Positions 1 through 9,384 of a stretch of 37,493 bases of DNA are shown one piece after another. The first letter of the stretch is position 1. Every line of letters starts with the position of its first letter. Below the pieces are notes generated by a model. That model saw only the letters and a list, made by a program, of their open reading frames with translations. It had not been told where the DNA came from and made no database searches. The position numbers and the translations under genes were made by a program. The DNA lies in the sequence record SRR31156797_11137; one strand, given 5' to 3'.

Positions 1-1296
<1,296 letters not shown>

Positions 1297-1363
1297 TCAG
1301 CTTTGAGCAATGTTGTTTAAGAATAGAATATTTATCTGCATTCTAGACTAGATGAAAACAAAT

Positions 1364-1377
1364 TGGTACCGGTTACA
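1364..1377. promoter_or_regulatory. Putative LacI-family (AscG-like) operator upstream of the GH1 gene
   Basis: TGTAACCGGTACCA on the minus strand, an imperfect palindrome centred on CCGG about 80 bp upstream of the ATG; resembles the E. coli AscG site TGAAACCGGTTTCA as recalled. Confidence 0.55.
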
Positions 1378-1425
1378 TTTTAGGTTTTATGACTGAGTTA
1401 AAAGGTGTGTTCGCTTTTGAAGGGC

Positions 1426-1457
1426 AAAAAAATTGCCATGAGTGTTGAGCTCATGGC
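1426..1457 (-). terminator. Intrinsic terminator of the pirin gene
   Basis: Stem GCCATGAG (1435-1442) / CTCATGGC (1450-1457), then a T-run on the minus strand (A-run 1426-1432). Confidence 0.75.
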
Positions 1458-1476
1458 TATAAGGGGGAAGGAATTC

Positions 1477-2172
1477 TTATGGCAGATCAAACACTAACGC
1501 GGTCGCTTGCGTGTCACTGTTGTTGTAAAAACTGATGTATTCTTGTGCTGTGACTTTCGCGCCGTCGCCTGGTGTGAGTTGAGTGTCATTAATGAATATT
1601 TCACTGCTCACCTGATGCACGTATGCGCGGCGACCTTGCTCTACCTGGTAGCTCAGCTCCGTTTTGGGTTCAAGAATAAGCTGATGTAACACGGCATCCT
1701 GCTTAATTTTTAGCGTACCATTTTCGCCAGTTGGCGTCGCAATCGTCGTTAACCCTGGATTACGGCCAAAATCTTTTTGCTGATAGCCGGGTTTCCCACC
1801 AAATGAATTCGGTTGAATCCAGATCTGCAAAAACTTCAACGTTTCAGAGTTGGAAGCATTGAACTCACTGTGTGAGATCCCTTTACCCGCAGACATCAGC
1901 TGAAACTCACCAGCGGGTAGCTGTTCGATATTGCCTTCGCTGTCCTTATGAGCAATTGTACCTTCCAGTACAAAGCTAATGATTTCCATGTCGCTGTGGC
2001 TGTGCGTTTCAAAGCCCGCGCTTGGCGCTACCGTGTCATCATTGATCACACGTAGATCAGAGAACCCCATGTGTTTTGGGTCAAAATAGTGACCAAAAGA
2101 AAAGGTGTGTTTACTGTCTAACCAGCCGAAGTTAGCTCTACCACGCTGGGATGCTTTTCTTACTTCAATCAT
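1477..2172 (-). CDS. Pirin family protein (YhhW-like bicupin)
   Basis: 231 aa; GWLDSKHTFSFGHYFDP, GFSDLRVINDD, metal ligands HSHSDMEI and GISHSEFN, FLQIWI. Confidence 0.92.
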   Translation of the reverse strand: MIEVRKASQRGRANFGWLDSKHTFSFGHYFDPKHMGFSDLRVINDDTVAPSAGFETHSHSDMEIISFVLEGTIAHKDSEGNIEQLPAGEFQLMSAGKGISHSEFNASNSETLKFLQIWIQPNSFGGKPGYQQKDFGRNPGLTTIATPTGENGTLKIKQDAVLHQLILEPKTELSYQVEQGRRAYVHQVSSEIFINDTQLTPGDGAKVTAQEYISFYNNSDTQATALVFDLP

Positions 2173-2280
2173 CTTGCTCTCCGAATCTTCACTTCATTTC
2201 GAATATCGAACGGTATGAAGTGATGTTAGAGCCTTGTCCCCGGCGATTGTACTAGGCGCTTTCGTTGTCCTTGTTCGAAA

Positions 2281-3114
2281 TTATTGAACGGCTTTTGGAT
2301 TGGTGGTTTGGAAGAAATGGTGCACAGGACCCTGTCCCTGACCAACATCCAGTTCATCGGCATGAATAATCGCTTGTGAAAGGTAGTTTTTTGCTTTGCT
2401 GACGGCTTCTTTCAGATGGAAACCTTGAGCAAGATAGGACGCGATGGCCGAAGAAAGGGTACAGCCTGTCCCATGGGTATTTGGGGTTGGGATTCTTTTA
2501 GCGTCGAACGTCGTTACAGTATCGCTTTCAACTAGCCAGTCGCGACTCATGTGTTTGTCTTCTAAATGGCCACCTTTAATCAAACAAGCTAATGTGTTTA
2601 AACTGCGGATTTTCTCGATGATACCTTCAATTTCGTTGCTATTTGTGACTTTTTCGCTACCGGTGATAACACAAGCTTCAGGAAGGTTCGGCGTTATCAA
2701 TGTCGCTAACGGGAATAGTTGGCGTTTCAAATCCGCAATCGCGTTTTGCTGAAGCAACAAATCTCCGCTGGTTGCAACCATGACCGGATCGATAACGATG
2801 TAGCAAGGTTGATATTGGCGTAGTTTGCTTGCGACACAATCAATGATCTCTGCGCTCGACAACATACCGACTTTGACAGCCACGATATTGAGATCGCGAA
2901 ACACCGCATCTAGCTGACTTTCAATATGCTCGGTAGGTACGTTATGAATGGCAGTCACACCCAGAGTATTTTGTGATGTTATGGCGGTGATAACACTGCA
3001 TGCGTAGCTACCCGTGGCCGAAATGGCTTTGATATCGGCCTGGATGCCAGCACCGCCGCCGCTGTCGGAGCCTGCGATCGTTAATACAATGGGAAGGGAA
3101 GAGGATGGTTTCAC
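2281..3114 (-). CDS. thiD: Hydroxymethylpyrimidine/phosphomethylpyrimidine kinase
   Basis: LTIAGSDSGGGAGIQAD, VIDPVMVATSG, ITPNLPEA, NTHGTGCTLSSAIA. Start moved from 3156 to GTG 3114, which follows a TAGGAG RBS. Confidence 0.95.
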   Translation of the reverse strand: MKPSSSLPIVLTIAGSDSGGGAGIQADIKAISATGSYACSVITAITSQNTLGVTAIHNVPTEHIESQLDAVFRDLNIVAVKVGMLSSAEIIDCVASKLRQYQPCYIVIDPVMVATSGDLLLQQNAIADLKRQLFPLATLITPNLPEACVITGSEKVTNSNEIEGIIEKIRSLNTLACLIKGGHLEDKHMSRDWLVESDTVTTFDAKRIPTPNTHGTGCTLSSAIASYLAQGFHLKEAVSKAKNYLSQAIIHADELDVGQGQGPVHHFFQTTNPKAVQ

Positions 3115-3195
3115 GCTTACTCCTAAATAAAAGTTAAGTAGGAACTGTAAGCGCACACTCAGGACACGGATCGGTTGATCGATACTTGGCTTGGC

Positions 3196-3283
3196 AATAG
3201 TTCCCTACGTCAGTGTTAACTGAATCAGGTTCAACGGGTCTCGCAATTGCGATCTCAGCCTTATGGCTCCCCGACTATATTGG
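3196..3283 (-). ncRNA. TPP riboswitch (THI box) aptamer
   Basis: Minus strand reads TAGTCGGGGAGCCATAAGGCTGAGATCGCAATTGCGAGACCCGTTGAACCTGATTCAGTTAACACTGACGTAGGGAACTA, with the conserved CTGAGA, ACCCG..GAACCTGA and CGTAGGGAA elements; directly upstream of thiD. Confidence 0.95.
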
Positions 3284-3340
3284 TGTCCATTCTCTCAAAT
3301 CATTGAAGAGAGTGAACGTTGAGAATCATTCTATCAGGTT

Positions 3341-3943
3341 TTACTCATTCCCATAAAGAGTCATAAATGCAGTAACTGCTTGTTCGACGGTTTTTTTAAT
3401 TTGTGCCTGAGTGGGCTTATCAATAGCGGCAAATGCGTATTGTTCAACGTACTCACCAGATAGCAAAGCTTTAAAATGCATTGCAGCTATCCAGGAATCA
3501 CATTCTCTTAACTGGCCTTTCGCCATTTGTGAAGCGATGTATTCGCTTAAATGTGTCCAGCCTTTTTTGGGGCCATTATTATAGAAGTGGCGTCCAATTT
3601 CTGAACGATCCGCTTCGCTTACCGCCATACGATAAACTGCTATCGCATCAGGACTGAGGATTGAGTCCAGAAAATTGTAACCAAACTCTAATAGCGATGT
3701 TTTAACACATCGGTTGACGTCTAAAGAGAGGAAAGAATTTGAAATTTGCTCGGTCGCGGACGATTCCATCACTGCTGCAAAGATTTCTTCTTTAGAGTTG
3801 AAGTAATTATATAGCGTTGCCTTAGAACCTCCCAATTGCTTTGCAATATGTGACATGGAGGTTGCGCTAACTCCTTGTTGAGAAAAGGCTTCCTTCGCAA
3901 TATCCAAGATCGCCTGGCGTTTTTCGTCGCTTTTAACTCGCAT
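3341..3943 (-). CDS. vceR: TetR family repressor of the divergent efflux operon
   Basis: N-terminal TetR HTH (ILDIAKEAFSQQG...IAKQLGGSKATLYNYFNSKEEIF); divergent from OMF-MFP-MFS genes as in V. cholerae vceR-vceCAB. Confidence 0.85.
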   Translation of the reverse strand: MRVKSDEKRQAILDIAKEAFSQQGVSATSMSHIAKQLGGSKATLYNYFNSKEEIFAAVMESSATEQISNSFLSLDVNRCVKTSLLEFGYNFLDSILSPDAIAVYRMAVSEADRSEIGRHFYNNGPKKGWTHLSEYIASQMAKGQLRECDSWIAAMHFKALLSGEYVEQYAFAAIDKPTQAQIKKTVEQAVTAFMTLYGNE

Positions 3944-3984
3944 GAAATTTTGTAGTCCTTGAGGAAATTGTGGGTAAGTTTCTC

Positions 3985-4014
3985 TTGACGAGGTCTTTCT
4001 GTCAAGAGTATAAC
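3985..4014 (+). promoter_or_regulatory. Sigma70 promoter of the efflux operon
   Basis: TTGACG (3985-3990), 18 bp spacer, TATAAC (4009-4014). A reverse TTGACA at 4005-4000 probably serves vceR. Confidence 0.65.
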
Positions 4015-4036
4015 TGTACCGTACGGTTTAGTTATA
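4009..4036. promoter_or_regulatory. 28-bp inverted repeat, VceR operator
   Basis: TATAACTGTACCGTACGGTTTAGTTATA, near-palindromic, overlapping the -10; matches my recollection of the 28-bp VceR site in V. cholerae. Confidence 0.85.
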
Positions 4037-4048
4037 AGGTTGTCTAAT

Positions 4049-5500
4049 GTGAAAACTTCGAGTCAAAGGAACACACACATAAATACAAAGGTTCCTTACC
4101 TATCAATGACATTACTCGGCGCTATGCTTTTGGCAGGGTGCTCAGTGTCTAAAAATGAGAATTTGCCTGACGTATCGGAAGTGACTGAGTATGGGTTTCA
4201 GCAAAGCTTAAATGTTACTGAAAACATCACTTGGCCAACTCAGGATTGGTGGCAGCGTTATCAAGATCCACAGCTTAATCAGTTAATTAATGAAGCTTTC
4301 TCAGATTCGCCAAGTCTGAAAATGGCGCAATCTCGTCTAAAGAACGCTCAAGGTATTGCGCGTCAGGCGGGAGCGAGTCGCTCGTTAAATGTCGGCTTAT
4401 CTGCAACGGCATCAGAAGCAAAAGTGAGTGAACGTTATCAGGCGTATATGGCCCCCGACGGTTGGAATGATTACGGCACGTTAACGCTCAATTTTGAATA
4501 CGATTTTGATTTTTGGGGTAAAAATCGAGCTTCGGTAGCAGCGGCAACCTCTGAGCTTGCAGCAGCAGAAGCGGAAGCGGTGTCTGCTCGTTTAATGCTG
4601 GCGACTGCGGTATCAAATGCCTACGCAGAATTATCCCGTTTATACGCGAATCAACATACCGTAGAAACTGCGCTGGACATTCGCCACAAAACGGTCGAGC
4701 TACTCACAAAACGCTATGAGAGTGGCTTAGAAACGTTGGGCTCTGTCAACCAGGCAACTGCAATTGCAGCCAATGTTGAAGCTGAGCTTCTCGGCATTGA
4801 AGAGTCAATTTCACTCCAGAAAAATGCGATAGCGGCGTTGATTGGTCATGGTCCTGATCGTGCGTTAACGATCCAGGAACCCAAGATTCAATTGGATGCT
4901 CGTTACGGCTTACCACAAGATGCGGGTGTCGGTTTGCTAGGGCATCGAGCGGATATCACAGCGGCTCGGTGGCGAGCTGAAGCGGCTGCGGAAAGAGTGG
5001 GTATTGCTGAAGCGATGTATTACCCCGATCTCAGCATTTCTGCGTTTATCGGCTTTCAGGCATTTGGCATAAATGATTTGTTTGAAAGTGGTAACGATGC
5101 GGGTGCGATTACTCCGGCACTTTATTTACCTCTGTTTACCGGTGGTCGTTTAGACGGACAGTTAACATCAGCAGAAGCCCGATATGAAGAAGCGGTGAGT
5201 GGGTATAACGCGACATTAACTCAGGCACTACATGAAGTTGCTGATGTGGTGACCAGTACCCAAGCTTTGGATGCTCGAATTGAGAAAACACAACAAGCCG
5301 TTGATGCAGCGCAGAAAGCATTGCAAATCGCTTCCAACCGCTATCAAGGTGGCTTGGCAACGTATTTAGATGTTCTGGTTGCCGAAGAATCACTACTAAA
5401 CAATCAACGTGCGCTGGTGAACTTGCAGTCGCGAGCGTTCAGCTTAGATCTGGCTCTGGTCCATGCTCTAGGCGGTGGTTTTCAAACCACCGAGTCTTAA
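4049..5500 (+). CDS. vceC: Outer membrane efflux lipoprotein (TolC/NodT/OprM family)
   Basis: Lipobox LAGC, WWQRYQDPQLNQLI, YDFDFWGK, C-terminal LVHALGGG. Start uncertain: TTG 4040, GTG 4049 (best RBS spacing) or ATG 4106. Confidence 0.88.
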   Translation: MKTSSQRNTHINTKVPYLSMTLLGAMLLAGCSVSKNENLPDVSEVTEYGFQQSLNVTENITWPTQDWWQRYQDPQLNQLINEAFSDSPSLKMAQSRLKNAQGIARQAGASRSLNVGLSATASEAKVSERYQAYMAPDGWNDYGTLTLNFEYDFDFWGKNRASVAAATSELAAAEAEAVSARLMLATAVSNAYAELSRLYANQHTVETALDIRHKTVELLTKRYESGLETLGSVNQATAIAANVEAELLGIEESISLQKNAIAALIGHGPDRALTIQEPKIQLDARYGLPQDAGVGLLGHRADITAARWRAEAAAERVGIAEAMYYPDLSISAFIGFQAFGINDLFESGNDAGAITPALYLPLFTGGRLDGQLTSAEARYEEAVSGYNATLTQALHEVADVVTSTQALDARIEKTQQAVDAAQKALQIASNRYQGGLATYLDVLVAEESLLNNQRALVNLQSRAFSLDLALVHALGGGFQTTES

Positions 5501-5520
5501 TTAACAAAAGGTTTCTATTC

Positions 5521-6717
5521 ATGAGTACAAATACACCTCAATCTGAAGCTGCGGAATTTGATGAACCGCGTGCTAAAAAATCACGCAAATTAGGATTTGT
5601 TGCGTTAGCTGCAGCGGTGGTATTCGCAGGCGGCGTTTATGCATCTTACTGGTACTTTGTTGCGTCACGTTATATCTCGACAGATAACGCGTATACCGCG
5701 GCAGAAATCGCAGAAGTGACTCCGGCCGTTGGCGGTATTGTTGCTAATGTCAATGTCGTTGATACCCAGTTTGTCAACAAAGGCGATGTGCTGGTTAAAA
5801 TTGAAGACACCGACGCTCAGATTGCGGTTGATCAAGCTCAAGCTGATCTGGCACTCGCGCAGCGTCGTGTTCGCAGTTATCTGGCGAATGATGAAGGTTT
5901 GACTGCACAGGTTCAGGCGCAAAAATCGAACGAGATTCGAGCTAAAGCGCAGTTAAATGCGGCAAAAGCGGATTTTGAACGTGCGAAAATTGATTTAGCA
6001 CGTCGTGAAGATTTGGTTCGATCTGGTTCTGTATCAGGTGAAGAACTAACGAACGCGAAAACCGCTTACGAGCGTTCAGAAGCGAACCTGAATGCGGCAA
6101 AAGCCGCACTGGCACAAGCGCAAGCCAATCGTTTATCGACTATCGGTACTCAAAAAGCCAATGCCGCATTAACGGATAACACAACGGTAGAAAACAACCC
6201 CGAGGTTTTATTAGCCAAAGCGCGTTTGAAACAGGCTGAAATTAATCTGGAACGTACAGTGATTCGTGCTCCGGTAAGCGGCGTGATTGCGAAACGTCAG
6301 GTGCAAGTTGGTCGTCGAGTACAGGTTGGTGTGCCTTTAATGACGGTTGTGCCAGTACAAAACATTTATGTTGATGCAAACTTTAAAGAAGTGGAGTTGA
6401 GTGATGTAAAAGTTGGCTTGCCTGTCACTATTACCGCGGATTTGTACGGTGATGAAGTGACTTACCATGGTGTCGTTGCCGGTGTTTCGGCGGGGACGGG
6501 TTCTGCTTTCTCAATGATTCCTGCCCAAAATGCAACCGGCAACTGGATAAAAGTGGTACAGCGTTTACCTGTCCGTATTGAACTTGATCCTGCTGATTTA
6601 AGTGAGCATCCATTGCAAGTCGGTCTTTCTATGGAAGTGACCATTGATACAAAATCTGATGTGAACAAACAGACTATCGCTCAATATCGTGCGGTGAAAT
6701 TATCAGAGCAAGGTTAA
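5521..6717 (+). CDS. vceA: EmrA-family membrane fusion protein
   Basis: N-terminal TM helix, STDNAY, IRAPVSGVI, ANFKE, SAFSMIPAQNATGNWIKVVQRLPVRI. Confidence 0.92.
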   Translation: MSTNTPQSEAAEFDEPRAKKSRKLGFVALAAAVVFAGGVYASYWYFVASRYISTDNAYTAAEIAEVTPAVGGIVANVNVVDTQFVNKGDVLVKIEDTDAQIAVDQAQADLALAQRRVRSYLANDEGLTAQVQAQKSNEIRAKAQLNAAKADFERAKIDLARREDLVRSGSVSGEELTNAKTAYERSEANLNAAKAALAQAQANRLSTIGTQKANAALTDNTTVENNPEVLLAKARLKQAEINLERTVIRAPVSGVIAKRQVQVGRRVQVGVPLMTVVPVQNIYVDANFKEVELSDVKVGLPVTITADLYGDEVTYHGVVAGVSAGTGSAFSMIPAQNATGNWIKVVQRLPVRIELDPADLSEHPLQVGLSMEVTIDTKSDVNKQTIAQYRAVKLSEQG

Positions 6718-6725
6718 GGTGAGTT

Positions 6726-8261
6726 ATGAGTCATTCTTCTGATAATGACATCAAACCGTTGACTGGTGGAGCGCTGTTTCTTGGCGCTCTATGCTTGGCG
6801 ATGGCTAACTTCCTGGCGATTTTGGATACCACAATTGCGAACGTATCGGTATCAAGTATTGCGGGTAGTTTGGGGACATCAACCAGCCAAGGTACATATG
6901 TCATCACCTCTTATGCGGTTGCAGAAGCGATTTCTGTCCCTTTGACGGGTTGGTTATCCCGCCGTTTTGGTTCGATTCGTGTATTTGTGACTTGTTTTGT
7001 CTTGTTTGGCATTTTCTCGGTGCTTTGTGGCATGGCGACGAGTATGACTATGCTGGTGGCATTTCGTGTGTTCTTAGGATTGGCTGGCGGACCGCTAATG
7101 CCCCTTTCGCAAACCTTGATGATGCGAATATTTCCCAAAGATAAGAGTCATGCTGCCATTGGTATCTGGAGTATGACAACCCTAGTGGCACCTATCATGG
7201 GGCCAATATTGGGTGGCGTTCTTTGTGACCAATTTAGCTGGCCATATATCTTCTTCGTCAAAACGCCATTTGCCATTGCTGCGGCGTTGATTTGCTGGAA
7301 GTTATTACAGAAATACGAAACGAAAACTGTTCGCTCCAAAATCGATAAAGTGGGTTTGGCACTGCTCGTGATTTGGGTTGCAGCACTTCAGCTTATGCTG
7401 GATGAAGGTAAAGATCATGATTGGTTTGAATCAACGCGAATCTGTATCCTGGCAGTGGTTGCTGTAATAGGGTTCATTGCATTTCTGATTTGGGAATTGA
7501 CGGAACGAAACCCAGTGGTAGACCTGAAAGTATTCCGTCATCGGGGTTATTCCATGAGTATGCTGACGCTCTCCTTGGCTTTTGGGGCTTTTTTCAGTAT
7601 CTCAGTTATCACGCCGTTGTGGCTGCAAATTTACATGGGGTATACCGCTACAATTTCGGGCTATTCAACCGCGACGATGGGGATATTGGCGGTATTTTTA
7701 GCACCATTGATTGCCAATTTATCGTCTAAGTTTGACCCACGACCATTCGTGTTTGTCGGCGTCATGTGGCTGGGGCTATGGACCTTTATTCGTGGTTTTG
7801 GCAACTTGGATATGACCTTTGCCCAAATCAGTTACCCTATGTTCTTCCAAGGTATTGGTATGCCTCTGTTCTTCGTTCCGTTAACCGCCATTGCTTTAGG
7901 TTGTGTAAGGCCAAGTGAGATGGAATCGGCAGCCGGGTTGATGAACTTCATTCGGACACTCTCGGGCGCGTTTGCGACTTCCATGATTAATACATCGTGG
8001 GAGCATCAAACTCGTTACGTTCATGCTGAACTGGCGGGCTTGACGGATAAAGCAGGCGTGGCAACGCATATGATGCAAGATTCCGGTATGGCGATGGGGC
8101 AAATACGTTCATCGATGGATTGGTTGTTGCAAAAGCAGAGTGTCATGGTTGCAACGAATCAGCTGTTTATGGTTATCGCGGTTATATTTGCCGTTGCTGC
8201 GTGCATTATATGGTTTGCTCCCAAACCTAAGCATGCCGTTGATCCTGCAGCCGCACATTAA
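6726..8261 (+). CDS. vceB: DHA2 (EmrB-like) 14-TM MFS multidrug efflux pump
   Basis: LDTTIANVS, YVITSYAVAEAI, GPILGG, LQLMLDEGKDHDWFES. Confidence 0.92.
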   Translation: MSHSSDNDIKPLTGGALFLGALCLAMANFLAILDTTIANVSVSSIAGSLGTSTSQGTYVITSYAVAEAISVPLTGWLSRRFGSIRVFVTCFVLFGIFSVLCGMATSMTMLVAFRVFLGLAGGPLMPLSQTLMMRIFPKDKSHAAIGIWSMTTLVAPIMGPILGGVLCDQFSWPYIFFVKTPFAIAAALICWKLLQKYETKTVRSKIDKVGLALLVIWVAALQLMLDEGKDHDWFESTRICILAVVAVIGFIAFLIWELTERNPVVDLKVFRHRGYSMSMLTLSLAFGAFFSISVITPLWLQIYMGYTATISGYSTATMGILAVFLAPLIANLSSKFDPRPFVFVGVMWLGLWTFIRGFGNLDMTFAQISYPMFFQGIGMPLFFVPLTAIALGCVRPSEMESAAGLMNFIRTLSGAFATSMINTSWEHQTRYVHAELAGLTDKAGVATHMMQDSGMAMGQIRSSMDWLLQKQSVMVATNQLFMVIAVIFAVAACIIWFAPKPKHAVDPAAAH

Positions 8262-8274
8262 TATTTAATCCACG

Positions 8275-8322
8275 GAGCTGAAGCAAAGAGATGGAACTCT
8301 TGTTTGCTTTAGCTCTTTTTTT
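8275..8322 (+). terminator. Intrinsic terminator after vceB
   Basis: GAGCTGAAGCAAA...TTTGCTTTAGCTC stem followed by TTTTTTT. Confidence 0.8.
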
Positions 8323-8333
8323 ATTGTTAAGTT

Positions 8334-8352
8334 GATAACGCTTCTCATTACC
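8334..8352. promoter_or_regulatory. Putative Fur box upstream of the AraC gene
   Basis: GATAACGCTTCTCATTACC, 14/19 to GATAATGATAATCATTATC. Confidence 0.65.
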
Positions 8353-8400
8353 TTTAATTGTGTGTGATAATCACCACTCTATCAACCATCAAGTATCCTC

Positions 8401-9270
8401 ATGTCTCGTTCAGCTGCTTCCTTTCACCGTGTGTGCAAATTGTTGGATTATATTCACTCCAATATGGATCAAGTGTTAACCCTTGACGACCTGTCTCAGC
8501 AGAGCTGTTGGTCGCGCTGGCAATTACAACGAGTTTTCCAACACGAAACGGGTATTTCAGTTGCGAACTACGTAAGAGAAATTAGGCTAAGTTCCGCTGC
8601 AGAAATGCTATTAAAGGGCTCGGAGAGAGTAATTGATATTGGGTTAAGTCTGGGGTTTAGTTCGGAAATCAGTTTTTCTCGTGCATTTAAACAACATTTT
8701 GGTGTCAGCCCAAGGCTGTATCGCAAGCAAGGAAAGCGATTCGGTTTAAGGAAGCCTCTAAAACCTTCACATGTTTTATCGCCATTACAAGCACGTCCAC
8801 AACTGATTGAAGTCAGAGTCGAGTCGATTAAGGCTTTTGATTGTAACGGTGTCTCAGGTACTTTTTGTGGGTTATTGTCTGACAACCCCGATTTTTCGGT
8901 GCGAGTCCCCAAGCTTTGGTTACAACTTCAAGCTCAGTATCCAGATGTTGAACAATATCCCTTACTTGGCGTTATCGATGTTACTCATGCCGCTGCTGAT
9001 GGGAGTAATCTTCGGTACTTGGCTGGTACGTCAGAAAATCTCAACCATGCTGAAGCGGTCAATGTACCCGCCCAAACTTATGCGGTTATCAAACATAGAG
9101 GGCCTATAGCGGGTTTAGCAAATACCCTGGAATGGTTCATTTTCCACTGGTTGCCAGAATCAGAGTACCGTGGAGTGGATGGGTACGAACTCGAACGTTA
9201 CCCCGTGGGTTACCAGTGTGATCAGCAACACTCAGAAATGGAATATTGGTTACCCATCTCTCCAGCATAA
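8401..9270 (+). CDS. AraC family regulator with C-terminal GyrI-like effector domain (DesR-like)
   Basis: N-terminal AraC HTHs (LTLDDLSQQSCWSRWQLQRVF; GFSSEISFSRAFKQHFGVSP), C-terminal VPAQTYAVIKHRG...WLPESEY...ERY; directly upstream of a siderophore receptor, as in Vibrio desR-desA. Confidence 0.85.
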   Translation: MSRSAASFHRVCKLLDYIHSNMDQVLTLDDLSQQSCWSRWQLQRVFQHETGISVANYVREIRLSSAAEMLLKGSERVIDIGLSLGFSSEISFSRAFKQHFGVSPRLYRKQGKRFGLRKPLKPSHVLSPLQARPQLIEVRVESIKAFDCNGVSGTFCGLLSDNPDFSVRVPKLWLQLQAQYPDVEQYPLLGVIDVTHAAADGSNLRYLAGTSENLNHAEAVNVPAQTYAVIKHRGPIAGLANTLEWFIFHWLPESEYRGVDGYELERYPVGYQCDQQHSEMEYWLPISPA

Positions 9271-9335
9271 CTAGGGTCAACAGATCCTAACTTGCTCCAA
9301 ATTGTTAACTTTTTTCTGCGGTTACCCATTAAGAT

Positions 9336-9354
9336 GCAAATGATATTTATTCTT
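9336..9354. promoter_or_regulatory. Putative Fur box upstream of the TonB-dependent receptor
   Basis: GCAAATGATATTTATTCTT, 13/19 to consensus, 30 bp before the ATG. Confidence 0.65.
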
Positions 9355-9384
9355 ATAAAGAAATTGCAGGGTATTTTAGAGACT

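Noticed and set aside
3115-3156. N-terminal extension of ThiD in the ORF track
   Set aside because: It lies in the riboswitch expression platform; the RBS supports GTG 3114.
3316-3334. Fur-like sequence TGAGAATCATTCTAT upstream of the TPP riboswitch
   Set aside because: Only about 11/19 to consensus, AT-rich context, and no clear iron link to thiD.
3769-4005. 78-aa ORF overlapping vceR and its promoter
   Set aside because: Alternative frame over a real gene and promoter, with no motifs.
9292-9384. 31-aa N-terminal extension of the TonB receptor
   Set aside because: It spans the Fur box and promoter; the signal peptide begins at ATG 9385.
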